DNA from: Minisyncoccota bacterium
GTDB taxonomy: Bacteria > Patescibacteriota > Minisyncoccia > Phycocordibacterales > UBA9973
Direction of reading: 5' to 3'
Assembly: GCA_041662525.1 (NCBI GenBank)
Contig: JBAZSF010000002.1
Span: forward strand, 90,196 to 154,195
DNA length: 64,000 bases
Shown piece by piece: positions 19,264 to 28,741 of this stretch. Below the pieces are notes generated by a model. It did no database searches. It saw only the letters and a program-made list of their open reading frames with translations, and was not told the origin of the DNA. The translations under genes and the position numbers were made by a program. How positions within the stretch are numbered: position 1 is the first letter of the stretch; every line of letters starts with the position of its first letter.

Positions 19264-20940
19264 ATGCAAAGATATGGAGAATTATTGAGAGCACTTCTAG
19301 AAAAAAGGGGAGTTGTTAATGAAGCACAAACGGAAATCTTCCTTAATCCAGATTATGAACGAGATTTTCATGATCCTCTTTTAATGCGAGATATGGAAAA
19401 AGCTTGCGTCAGGATATATGAAGCGATAGAGAATAATGAAAAAATAATTATTTATGCAGATTATGATTGTGATGGGATTCCAGGAGCTGTTATTCTCACT
19501 GATTTGTTTGTCTTATTGGGATATAAAAATTATGAAATTTACATACCTCAAAGAAATTCTGAAGGTTATGGACTTAATCTTGAAGCGATTAAACAATTTG
19601 TAAAATCCAATGTTAAACTTTTAATTACTGTTGACCTTGGTATCACTGCAATCAAGGAAGTAGCTCAAGCAGAAGTAGATGGAATTGATGTGATAATAAT
19701 TGACCATCATTTACCTAAAGAAACATTACCCCGTGCTTATGCAATTTTAAATCCAAAGATAGATGAATATCCAGAAAAAATGCTTTGTGGGGCGGGTGTT
19801 GTTTTTAAATTTGTACAGGGGTTCATTGCTAAATATGGCAAAGGAAATAAGAATTTTGATATAAAAGATGGGCAGGAAAAATGGATGCTCGATATGGCGG
19901 GATTGGCGACACTTTCTGATATGGTGCCACTCGTGGGGGAGAATAGAGCTATCGCATATTTTGGAATGAAGGTATTAAAGAAGTCTCCTCGCCCAGGGTT
20001 GCAAAAACTTTTAGCAAAAATGAAGATTGAACAAAAGTATTTATCGGTTGATGATATCGGCTTTATGGTAACACCTAGATTGAATGCTGCCTCCCGAATG
20101 GATGACCCTATGCGAGCTTATGAGCTTCTTTCTACGAGAGATGAAGCGGAAGCAGGTGCGCTCTCAGACCATTTATCAAAAATAAATGATGAGAGAAAAA
20201 ATATTGTGAAAAGTATTATGCGCGACGTAAACAAACATTTGGATAAAAAATTTGAAAGTGGGAAAGAAGTAAATGTGATAGTGATAGGTAATCCAGAATG
20301 GAAGGTGGGAGTTTTGGGATTAGTGGCAGGAAAAATATCAGATAAATATAAAAAATCTGTTTTTGTGTGGGCGAAAGATGAGAATGATTGTATTAAAGGT
20401 TCTTGCCGAAGTGATGGATCTATCTCTGTCGTGGAGCTTATGAGTGAAAATAGTGAATCATTTGTAGATTTTGGTGGGCATGAACTCGCAGGAGGATTTA
20501 CTGTGCATGATGATAAAATTCATTTTTTAGAAGAAGTTTTGTCTCTTTCTTTTCATAAAGTAAAAAGAGATAAAAAAGAAGACGTTGTAAATTATGATAT
20601 CAAATCCGATTTGGGTATTGTGAATATAAAAAATTGGAAGGAAATAGAAAAGCTCGCGCCTTTTGGAATAGGAAATCCAAAACCAGTTTTTCTCTTTCCT
20701 GACGTCAAGATAGAAAAAATAAAAAAATTTGGCAAGAATGGATCTGGAGAACATTTAGAAATCATTTTTTCTGATTTGTCTAGCAATGCTACAGCTATTT
20801 CATTCTTTTCTGATTATGATTCTTTTGATGTGCCTCTCGCAGAAGACAAAAAGGTGAATCTTCTAGCTACTTTTGACTTATCTAGATTTAGAGGGAGAGA
20901 AGAGTTAAGATTAAGGATAGAGAATATATATGAGGGATGA
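19264..20940 (+). CDS. recJ: Single-stranded-DNA exonuclease RecJ
   Basis: DYDCDG, TVDLG, DHH, PRLNAASR, GSCRS, GGH, APFGIGNPKP; start placed at ATG 19264. Confidence 0.93.
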   Translation: MQRYGELLRALLEKRGVVNEAQTEIFLNPDYERDFHDPLLMRDMEKACVRIYEAIENNEKIIIYADYDCDGIPGAVILTDLFVLLGYKNYEIYIPQRNSEGYGLNLEAIKQFVKSNVKLLITVDLGITAIKEVAQAEVDGIDVIIIDHHLPKETLPRAYAILNPKIDEYPEKMLCGAGVVFKFVQGFIAKYGKGNKNFDIKDGQEKWMLDMAGLATLSDMVPLVGENRAIAYFGMKVLKKSPRPGLQKLLAKMKIEQKYLSVDDIGFMVTPRLNAASRMDDPMRAYELLSTRDEAEAGALSDHLSKINDERKNIVKSIMRDVNKHLDKKFESGKEVNVIVIGNPEWKVGVLGLVAGKISDKYKKSVFVWAKDENDCIKGSCRSDGSISVVELMSENSESFVDFGGHELAGGFTVHDDKIHFLEEVLSLSFHKVKRDKKEDVVNYDIKSDLGIVNIKNWKEIEKLAPFGIGNPKPVFLFPDVKIEKIKKFGKNGSGEHLEIIFSDLSSNATAISFFSDYDSFDVPLAEDKKVNLLATFDLSRFRGREELRLRIENIYEG

Positions 20941-20944
20941 AATT

Positions 20945-21418
20945 ATGAAAATTTACACAGATGGGGCGGCGAAGGGGAATCCTGGAAGGGCTGGGTGGGG
21001 AGCTGTTTTTATCATAATGGATAAAGTTTTTGAGATTGGTGGAGGGGTAGACCATGCAACAAACAATCAAATGGAATTAACTGGACCTATTGAGGCGTTG
21101 AAGTTTCTAGCTAGGCAAGGCCTAGCTGGGGATGATGTGGAAATTGTCTCTGATTCTAAATATGTAATTTTAGGAATTACAGAGTGGATTTTTAATTGGC
21201 AGAAAAATAATTGGCGAAATGCTAAAAAAGAGCCAGTTTTAAATCGTGTTCTTTGGGAGGAATTATATAAACTTGTCCAAGAGTTTACTTGTTTGCCAAA
21301 TAGGAAGGAAATAAAATGGACTTATGTGAAAGGACATAACGGAGATAAATACAACGAAAGAGCAGATGAAATAGCTACCAGTTTTGCGGAAGGGAATCCT
21401 GTAAAATTGAAAAAATAA
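20945..21418 (+). CDS. rnhA: Ribonuclease HI
   Basis: IYTDGA..GNPG, TNNQMEL, DSKYV, VKGHNG...NERADEIA. Confidence 0.94.
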   Translation: MKIYTDGAAKGNPGRAGWGAVFIIMDKVFEIGGGVDHATNNQMELTGPIEALKFLARQGLAGDDVEIVSDSKYVILGITEWIFNWQKNNWRNAKKEPVLNRVLWEELYKLVQEFTCLPNRKEIKWTYVKGHNGDKYNERADEIATSFAEGNPVKLKK

Positions 21419-21427
21419 TTATTTTTA

Positions 21428-22915
21428 ATGCGCGATAGAGTTTTTTATACAATTTGTTTTGGTTTTTTATTTGGAGTGCTTTTGCGCTCTTTTGTTTTTA
21501 TAGATTTATATTTAATTATTTTATTTAGTGTAATTGCTAGCGCTTTATTTTTGTTTTTTACATTGATTGCAAAAAGTGATTGGGCCTACCTGCGCAGGCA
21601 GGGAATTTTATTTTCAATTTTTGTTTTAACTTTTTGTTTGGGTGTTTTTAGATTTAATATGGTTGATGTTTTTAATCCTGTTGTTTTTGAATCTCAAGTA
21701 AATCAAAAAGTAACTTTTTCAGGGGAAATTATTGATGAACCGAGCATTAAAGAAAATAATCAGCAATTAATAGTAGAAATACAAATCCCCGCCAAAACGA
21801 AAATTATTTTATCGACAAGATTAGATGCTGATTATAAATACGGAGATGAAATAAAGTTTTCTGGAAAATTAGAAAAGCCGGAGAATTTTATCACTAATCA
21901 AGGAAAAGAATTTGATTATATAAATTATTTGCGTAAAGACGGAATTTTGTATGTGATGAGTTATCCAAAAATTGAAATTATTTCACACGGGAACGGTAAT
22001 GCAATTCAAAGCATATTATTTGATGTTAAAGATAAATTTTTAGAAAAAATTAATTTTGCTATTCCTGCTCCTGAGAATCTACTGATGGGTGGGCTTATTT
22101 TGGGTGAAAAATCTTCTTTTAGTCAAGAGTTGAGAGAGAGTTTTGTGAATACTGGTACGATACATATCGTGGCCCTTTCTGGATACAACGTGACGATAAT
22201 TGCTGAATGGATTATGAAATTATTTGGATTTTTACCGAAAACTTTCGGTATTGGGATAGGAATTTTGGCAATATTTTTATTTATCATTATGACTGGTGGT
22301 AGCTCGACGGCTATTCGAGCGGGGATAATGGCGATTTTAGTATTGATAGCCCGCGCGACTGGAAGAAATTATGATGTCGCGCGGGCCCTTGTGCTTGCAG
22401 GGGTAGGGATGATTTTATTTAATCCTTTTCTGCTTGTTTATGATGTTTCTTTTCAGCTTTCTTTTCTGGCAACAATTGCTGTGATATTTATCGCGCCAAG
22501 AATTGAAAAATATTTTCTATGGGTACCGAAAACTTTTGAATTGCGAGACATAGTATCTGTCACTTGCGCTGCTTATTTTTTTGTTTTTCCATTTATTCTT
22601 TACAAAATGGGTAATTTTTCACTCGTGGCTTTGCCAGCTAATTTTTTAATTTTGCCTTTTATTCCTTTCACAATGATGCTCGGATTTATTACTGGTTTTC
22701 TAGGCCTTATTTATTATATATTGGCGGTACCAGTGGGGTATCTTTCCTATTTATTTTTGCATTATGAGCTCGGAGTAGTAAGTTTTTTCTCACATCTACC
22801 GTTTGCCGCTTTTGCTTTTCCTGATTTTTCATTTTGGCTAATAGTTCTAATTTACACCTATTTTATTTATAGACTTTTTGGCAGAAATATAAAAAGTTTT
22901 TTTAGAGAAAATTAA
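21428..22915 (+). CDS. comEC: ComEC membrane (competence) part, without the beta-lactamase domain
   Basis: TGTIHIVALSGYNV, SAIRA-like motif, SFQLSFLAT; many TM helices. Confidence 0.9.
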   Translation: MRDRVFYTICFGFLFGVLLRSFVFIDLYLIILFSVIASALFLFFTLIAKSDWAYLRRQGILFSIFVLTFCLGVFRFNMVDVFNPVVFESQVNQKVTFSGEIIDEPSIKENNQQLIVEIQIPAKTKIILSTRLDADYKYGDEIKFSGKLEKPENFITNQGKEFDYINYLRKDGILYVMSYPKIEIISHGNGNAIQSILFDVKDKFLEKINFAIPAPENLLMGGLILGEKSSFSQELRESFVNTGTIHIVALSGYNVTIIAEWIMKLFGFLPKTFGIGIGILAIFLFIIMTGGSSTAIRAGIMAILVLIARATGRNYDVARALVLAGVGMILFNPFLLVYDVSFQLSFLATIAVIFIAPRIEKYFLWVPKTFELRDIVSVTCAAYFFVFPFILYKMGNFSLVALPANFLILPFIPFTMMLGFITGFLGLIYYILAVPVGYLSYLFLHYELGVVSFFSHLPFAAFAFPDFSFWLIVLIYTYFIYRLFGRNIKSFFREN

Positions 22916-23032
22916 AAAACTCGTTGAAGTCGTAACTTTTAAGAAACATTGCGCAGGCGGGTAGCCGAGCATAGCAAAAAATCAGCAGATTTTTATGCGT
23001 GTTGAGTAAAAGTTATGACGAGAAAGAGTTTT
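22916..23032 (+). repeat. Dispersed structured element, family C copy 1
   Basis: TTGCGCAGG...CGAGCATAGCAAAAAATCAGCAGATTTTTATGCGTG shared with 51107-51259; inverted arms GTCGTAACTTTTA/TAAAAGTTATGAC. Confidence 0.75.
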
Positions 23033-23034
23033 CT

Positions 23035-23646
23035 CTATTGAGCCTTTTTAAAATTTTCTTCAATCACTTCCCAATTTAGATTTTCAAAAAATGCTTCTAC
23101 GTATTTTTTCTTTTCGGAAGTTGGGTAATCATAAATGAAAGCATGTTCCCACATATCAATACCGAGAATCCAGTCGAGTCCATTTAATTGTCCTAAATGA
23201 TGTTCATCTATCCAGGTGCTAATTAATTGTTTTGTTTCTTTATCATAATAAACTACTGCCCAGCCGACCCCGCGAGTCATCGCTAGGTTTTTAAAGTCAT
23301 CAAGCCACAAATTAAAAGATGGTGAATCTTTTTCGATGAATTTTTTTAATAAAGAATCCGAAGACAGTGTCTTTGCTCCGCCTTCTAGAGATCTGAAATA
23401 ATATTCATGGTTGCGCATACCATTAAATTCAAAACCGAACCTTCTGTGCAATTCTCCTATCACATAAACAACTCCTGGGATTAAGGGTTCCCCAATTTCG
23501 GATAATTTGGTATATTCTTCAAGTTTTTCTATAATCAGATTTGTGTTTTTTACATAACCAGCATAAAGTTTTAGATGTTCCTCAGTGTTTTTCAAAGAGA
23601 TACCTTTCAAGGTTTCGATATTAAATTTTTTTTCTTCAAATTTCAT
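23035..23646 (-). CDS. sod: Fe/Mn superoxide dismutase family protein
   Basis: HLKLYAGYV, NHEYYF, DMWEHAF. Confidence 0.88.
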   Translation of the reverse strand: MKFEEKKFNIETLKGISLKNTEEHLKLYAGYVKNTNLIIEKLEEYTKLSEIGEPLIPGVVYVIGELHRRFGFEFNGMRNHEYYFRSLEGGAKTLSSDSLLKKFIEKDSPSFNLWLDDFKNLAMTRGVGWAVVYYDKETKQLISTWIDEHHLGQLNGLDWILGIDMWEHAFIYDYPTSEKKKYVEAFFENLNWEVIEENFKKAQ

Positions 23647-23664
23647 GTGTGTTAGTATTGTAAC

Positions 23665-24534
23665 ATGTCTAGAAATATCAAGCAGTATTGGCTGTTAATT
23701 TTTACATTTTTTCTTTTATTTACAACAGTTTTTCTATTTTATTTAGATTGGCAAAATACTTATCGTAGTTTTACTTTTGCTATGTTGGATGTCGGTCAAG
23801 GTGACGCGCTTTTTATAGAATCTCCGACAGGGACGCAGGTGATGTTTGATGGTGGTCCATCACGTAAAGTTTTAGGTCCACTCGCTCGGGTGATATCTCC
23901 ATTTGATAAAACTATTGATGCGTTGATAATTACTAATCCAGACGCTGACCACATCGGTGGGTTTATAGATATTTTAAAAAATTATAAAGTGGGTGCCGTC
24001 TTTGAGTCGGGTACTTTGACTGATTCTAAAATTTATCAGAATTTGACAGAAGAAATGAAGAGACAAAACATACCCGATGTTTTAGCTAGAAGGGGAATGA
24101 AGTTAGACCTTGGGGGCGGAGTAGTGATTGATATTTTATTTCCAGATAGAGATGTTTCTGAGTGGGCGACCAATGATGGGGGAGTAGTAGCACGACTTTC
24201 TCATGATAAAACATCCATAATGCTTACTGGCGATGCGAGCACAAAAACAGAACAAATAATTCTTTCAGAAAATTCTGAAGTGCAATTAAAAAGTACTATT
24301 TTAAAAATCGGACATCATGGTTCGCGGACCTCTTCCTCTCTAAGTTTTGTAAAAGCTGTTTCTCCAGAATACGCGCTTATTTCAAACAGTAAAGACAATA
24401 ACTATGGTCATCCACATCAAGAAACTTTAGATACATTAGTCAAATTTGGCGCAAATATTTTCCGTACTGATTTATTAGGTACAATAGTCATGAAATCTGA
24501 TGGTCAGAATGTCAATTTTTTATTCCACAAGTAG
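23665..24534 (+). CDS. ComEC/Rec2-type metallo-beta-lactamase domain protein (stand-alone)
   Basis: LDVGQGDA, TNPDADHIGG, LTGD, KIGHHGSRTSS, NNYGHPH. Confidence 0.88.
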   Translation: MSRNIKQYWLLIFTFFLLFTTVFLFYLDWQNTYRSFTFAMLDVGQGDALFIESPTGTQVMFDGGPSRKVLGPLARVISPFDKTIDALIITNPDADHIGGFIDILKNYKVGAVFESGTLTDSKIYQNLTEEMKRQNIPDVLARRGMKLDLGGGVVIDILFPDRDVSEWATNDGGVVARLSHDKTSIMLTGDASTKTEQIILSENSEVQLKSTILKIGHHGSRTSSSLSFVKAVSPEYALISNSKDNNYGHPHQETLDTLVKFGANIFRTDLLGTIVMKSDGQNVNFLFHK

Positions 24535-24562
24535 ACAAAAATAAATATGATATACTCATTTT

Positions 24563-25753
24563 ATGAAAGATAAAAAAATTGAGAGTCTTATTAAAAATGA
24601 AACGAAGAGGCAAAAAAGTGTAATTAATCTTATACCTTCAGAGAATTATGTTTCCAAAGACGTTTTGACGGCTCTTGGTTCTATTTTTGATAACAAATAT
24701 GCTGAAGGATATCCGTATGCTCGATATTATGGAGGACAGAGATATACAGATGAGCTGGAGACTCTTTGCCAAGATCGAGCCCGAAAACTTTTCAAATTAA
24801 AAAAAGATTTATGGCATGTGAATGTTCAGCCACTTTCAGGATCACCAGCAAATTTAGCTGTGTATTTAGCGCTTGTACCACAAGGTGGCAAGATTATGGG
24901 ACTACCTCTTTCTTCTGGCGGACATTTGACTCATGGTCAGAAAGTTTCTATCACTGGTAAGGTGTGGGAGCAAGTGCCTATTAGTTTAGATTTAAAAACT
25001 GAACTTATTGATTATAAAAAAATGAAAGAGGATGCGATTAGAGAAAAGCCGAAGCTAATAATTGTTGGTTTTACTGCATATCCTAGAATTGTTGATTTTA
25101 AAAAATGTCGTGAAGCAGCTGATGCTTGCGGAGCGTACCTTATGGTGGACATGTCTCATTTTGCCGGATTGGTAGCGGGTGAAGCTTATCCAACACCTTT
25201 TGAATATGCAGACGTTGTGACCACCACTACCCACAAGACTCTTCGTGGTCCCCGAGGTGCAATTATCTTTTCTAGAAAAGATAGAAAAGTAGGAGATAAA
25301 GATATTTCAGTTTTGATTGATAAGGCCATCTTTCCAGGCATACAGGGAGGTCCGCATATGGGGCAGATTGCAGGTATTGCTGTCGCGCTCAAAGAAGATG
25401 ATTCACCTGCGTTTAAAAAATATGCAAAACAAATTCTCAATAATGCGAAAGCACTAGCTCTTGAACTTAGCCATTTGGGTTGGAGGATTGTTTCTGGCGG
25501 GACAGAGTCGCATCTTATTTTGGTGGATACTTGGATGGATGGAAAAGGTATCTCCGGAAAAGAAGCCGAGGCCAAGCTAGAAAAAGCTGGGATTATTTGT
25601 AATAAAAATACTATTCCGGGTGAGACTCGTTCACCATTTGACCCTTCTGGTATTCGCATAGGCACACCAGCTGAGACTACTTTAGGTAAAAAGGAAAAAG
25701 ACATGATAGCGATTGCGAGAAAAATAGACAAGGTTTTGAAAGGGAAGAAATAA
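24563..25753 (+). CDS. glyA: Serine hydroxymethyltransferase
   Basis: LIPSEN, KYAEGYP, GGHLTHG, TTTHKTLRGPRG. Confidence 0.97.
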   Translation: MKDKKIESLIKNETKRQKSVINLIPSENYVSKDVLTALGSIFDNKYAEGYPYARYYGGQRYTDELETLCQDRARKLFKLKKDLWHVNVQPLSGSPANLAVYLALVPQGGKIMGLPLSSGGHLTHGQKVSITGKVWEQVPISLDLKTELIDYKKMKEDAIREKPKLIIVGFTAYPRIVDFKKCREAADACGAYLMVDMSHFAGLVAGEAYPTPFEYADVVTTTTHKTLRGPRGAIIFSRKDRKVGDKDISVLIDKAIFPGIQGGPHMGQIAGIAVALKEDDSPAFKKYAKQILNNAKALALELSHLGWRIVSGGTESHLILVDTWMDGKGISGKEAEAKLEKAGIICNKNTIPGETRSPFDPSGIRIGTPAETTLGKKEKDMIAIARKIDKVLKGKK

Positions 25754-25808
25754 AATAATATTTTTCAAACAATTTTTCATTTTGCCCTTTTTCTGTTATA
25801 TTTTCTAT

Positions 25809-26513
25809 ATGGTCAAGAAGAAACAGAAAGGAAAACTCATAGTAATAGATGGCACGGATGGGAGCGGGAAAGCGACGCAAGTCGAGCTTTTAGCGAAGAC
25901 CCTAAAAAAAGAAGGATACATTGTTAAAATAGTTGATTTTCCAGAGTATTACAAGAATTTTTTTGGAGCTTTTTTAGGTCATTGTCTTTCCGAGCAATAT
26001 TATAATTTTTTAAATGTGCATCCAAAGATTGCTTCTGTGTTGTATGCAGCTGATCGTTTTGAGTCGAGTGAGGAGATGAGGAGTTGGCTCCAAAAAGGAT
26101 ATATCGTGATTGCTAATCGTTATGTTTCTGCTAGTCAAATTCACCAAGGTGGGAAAATTAAAGATACTAAAAAACGCAATAATTTTATAAAATGGCTGGA
26201 TGAAATGGAATACGGAGTCTTTAAAATTCCTCGTCCAGACATTACTTTGTATTTGAGTTTGCCTATCAATATCGTTTCACAGCTTTTAAAACATCGAGAC
26301 AGTAGTAAAATGAAAAGAGCTTATTTAAAAAAGAAAAAAGACGTGCATGAGGCAGATATAAATTTCCTTAAAAATTCCATAAAAAGTGCTTTAAAATTAG
26401 AAAAAGAAGTTCCTAATTTTATAAAAATTGATTGTGCACCAGAAGGGGAAATCTTATCGAGAGAAATTATTCACGAAAAAATTTATGAAAAGATTAAAAA
26501 AGTTTTAAAATAA
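25809..26513 (+). CDS. tmk: Thymidylate kinase
   Basis: IDGTDGSGKATQ P-loop, YAADR, NRY. Confidence 0.88.
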   Translation: MVKKKQKGKLIVIDGTDGSGKATQVELLAKTLKKEGYIVKIVDFPEYYKNFFGAFLGHCLSEQYYNFLNVHPKIASVLYAADRFESSEEMRSWLQKGYIVIANRYVSASQIHQGGKIKDTKKRNNFIKWLDEMEYGVFKIPRPDITLYLSLPINIVSQLLKHRDSSKMKRAYLKKKKDVHEADINFLKNSIKSALKLEKEVPNFIKIDCAPEGEILSREIIHEKIYEKIKKVLK

Positions 26514-26514
26514 A

Positions 26515-26940
26515 ATGATAATCAAAGTTAAAAAACTTAGAGAAGATGCGAAGTTGCCGACCCACGGACATCCAGGGGATGCAGGGATGGATTTTTATTG
26601 TGTGGAAGATGTGCGTTTTCCACCCGGCAAGCAAGAGATAGTACGTACTGGTGTGGCTATTGAAATTCCAGAAGGCTATGTCGGCCTTATTTGGGATAAA
26701 TCAAGCATTTCTTTTAATTTAGGGTTAAAAGTTATGGGGGGTGTTATAGACTCTGGTTTTAGGGGTGAAATCACAATGAATTTTTTAAACGTTTCAAATA
26801 AAGAAGTATTGATAACAAAAGATCATAAAATTGCTCAAATGATAATTCAAAAATTTGAACATTGTGATATTGTAGAAACGGACGAGCTTTCGGAAACTGT
26901 GCGAGGAGAAGGGAGGGAGGGGAGCACAGGCAAAAAATAG
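26515..26940 (+). CDS. dut: dUTPase
   Basis: AGMD, GVIDSGFRGE, KIAQ, RGEGREGSTG. Confidence 0.93.
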   Translation: MIIKVKKLREDAKLPTHGHPGDAGMDFYCVEDVRFPPGKQEIVRTGVAIEIPEGYVGLIWDKSSISFNLGLKVMGGVIDSGFRGEITMNFLNVSNKEVLITKDHKIAQMIIQKFEHCDIVETDELSETVRGEGREGSTGKK

Positions 26941-26987
26941 CGCCACGCTTTAGTGGACGATTGCGCGGCATGATTTCGTAAAATCAT
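26939..26987 (+). promoter_or_regulatory. Two-hairpin leader motif filling the dut-argS spacer
   Basis: AGCGCCACGCTTTAGTGGACGATTGCGCGGCATGATTTCGTAAAATCAT-ATG; similar to the nusA leader. Confidence 0.6.
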
Positions 26988-28730
26988 ATGGAAAAAGAGA
27001 TAAAAAATTTAATCAAAGATGCGCTTAAAAATCTAAATATAGAGGTTAGTAATATTGTTCTTGAACATCCGGAAAATCTAAGTAATGGAGATTATTCTAC
27101 AAATGTGGCTTTAGCTATAGCAAAAAGTGTTGAGAGAAATCCTAAAGAATTAGCAGAAAAAATAATCGTAGAAATTTTAAGATTAAATGTTGATAAAAAT
27201 ATAGAAAAAGTAGAAGTTGCAGGCAGTGGGTTTATAAATTTCTACCTATCAAGAAAATATTTTTCTAAAAGTGTTGAAGAAATTTTAAATAATCCGGAAA
27301 ATTTCGGGAAAAATGACTCATTAGAAGGAAAAAAAATAATGGTGGAGTATACAGATCCTAATCCTTTCAAGCCTTTTCATATCGGGCACTTAATGAGTAA
27401 TGCCATTGGAGAATCAATCTCGCGCCTTGTGGAGTTTTCTGGGGCAGAGATTGCGCGAGCAAATTATCAGGGAGATGTCGGGCTTCATGTGGCCAAAGCT
27501 ATCTATGGACTTTTAGATAATGAAAAGTTACAAAACAAAAATGGAACTCATAATTTTCAAGCAGGAAATATCGGACAAGCATATGTAGCTGGAGCAGGAG
27601 CTTATGAAAATAATCCTGAGGCTAAAAAAGAAATAGATGAAATAAATAAAAAACTTTATGATAAGAACGACCAGAAAATAAATGAAATATATGATTGGGG
27701 TTTTAAAGTGACGATGGAAGCTTTTGAAGATTTATATAAAATGCTCGGCACAAAATTTGATTTTTATTTTTTAGAAAGCATGATGGCGGATATTGGGCGC
27801 GAAATTGTAAATGAAAATATGGGTAAGGCCGTAGGTCCTGAGAATAATCGAAGGATTTTTGAAGAATCCGATGGTGCTATTGTCTTTAAAGCTGAAAAAT
27901 ATGATCCTAAATTACACACTCGAGTTTTTATTACTTCAAAAAATTTACCAGCATATGAAACTAAGGAGCTTGGCTTAGCGGTAGAAAAATTCAAAACTTA
28001 TCCAGGTATGGATTTATCGATTGTGGTAACTGCTAACGAACAGATGGATTATATGCGTGTCGTAGCAAAAGCGATATCGCTTATTCATCCAGATTTTGAA
28101 AATAAGATGAAGCATGTCACACATGGGATGATGCGTCTCACTACTGGCAAGATGGGGTCTCGAAAAGGGAATGTCATTACTGGTGAATCATTGATAAATG
28201 AAGTTCGCGATACTATTTTAGACAAAATGACCGATAGAGATTTTTCTAATGAAGAGAGGGAAAAGATTGCAACGGAAGTTGGAATTTCTGCGTTAAAATA
28301 TTCTATATTGAAACAAGGAATTGGTGGAGATATTATATTTGATTTTGAAAAATCTATTTCTTTTGAAGGGGATTCAGGGCCATATTTGCAATATTCTTAT
28401 GCTCGCGCAAATTCAATTTTAGAAAAAGCGCAAAAAGAAAATATTTTGCCAGATCCACATGCTTTTCCGCCTGAAATTTTTGAAGTGGAAAAATTATTAT
28501 ACAAATTTCCAGAAGTTGTGTTACGTTCTTCTTCTTTATATGAACCGCACCATGTTGCGAATTATCTAATAGAAGTCGCTCGTGCTTATAGCAGTTTTTA
28601 TGGGAATAATATTATTGTAAATAGAGAAGACCCTAGTTCGTCTTATAAAATTGCTTTAACTTATGCGTTTTCTTTTGTAATGAAAAATGGTTTGCACCTC
28701 TTAGGCATCGTGGCTCCAAAGAAAATGTAG
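26988..28730 (+). CDS. argS: Arginine--tRNA ligase
   Basis: GDYSTN, GFINF, HIGH, KMGSRKG, GDSGPYLQY. Confidence 0.96.
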   Translation: MEKEIKNLIKDALKNLNIEVSNIVLEHPENLSNGDYSTNVALAIAKSVERNPKELAEKIIVEILRLNVDKNIEKVEVAGSGFINFYLSRKYFSKSVEEILNNPENFGKNDSLEGKKIMVEYTDPNPFKPFHIGHLMSNAIGESISRLVEFSGAEIARANYQGDVGLHVAKAIYGLLDNEKLQNKNGTHNFQAGNIGQAYVAGAGAYENNPEAKKEIDEINKKLYDKNDQKINEIYDWGFKVTMEAFEDLYKMLGTKFDFYFLESMMADIGREIVNENMGKAVGPENNRRIFEESDGAIVFKAEKYDPKLHTRVFITSKNLPAYETKELGLAVEKFKTYPGMDLSIVVTANEQMDYMRVVAKAISLIHPDFENKMKHVTHGMMRLTTGKMGSRKGNVITGESLINEVRDTILDKMTDRDFSNEEREKIATEVGISALKYSILKQGIGGDIIFDFEKSISFEGDSGPYLQYSYARANSILEKAQKENILPDPHAFPPEIFEVEKLLYKFPEVVLRSSSLYEPHHVANYLIEVARAYSSFYGNNIIVNREDPSSSYKIALTYAFSFVMKNGLHLLGIVAPKKM

Positions 28731-28741
28731 TAGAATAAAGC

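Noticed and set aside
23474-23500. Possible palindromic insert in sod (EIGEPLIPG), and similar weak ones in ftsK (~50705) and the ORF at 51305 (~51725)
   Set aside because: Pairing is too weak or degenerate to assign to a family without alignments
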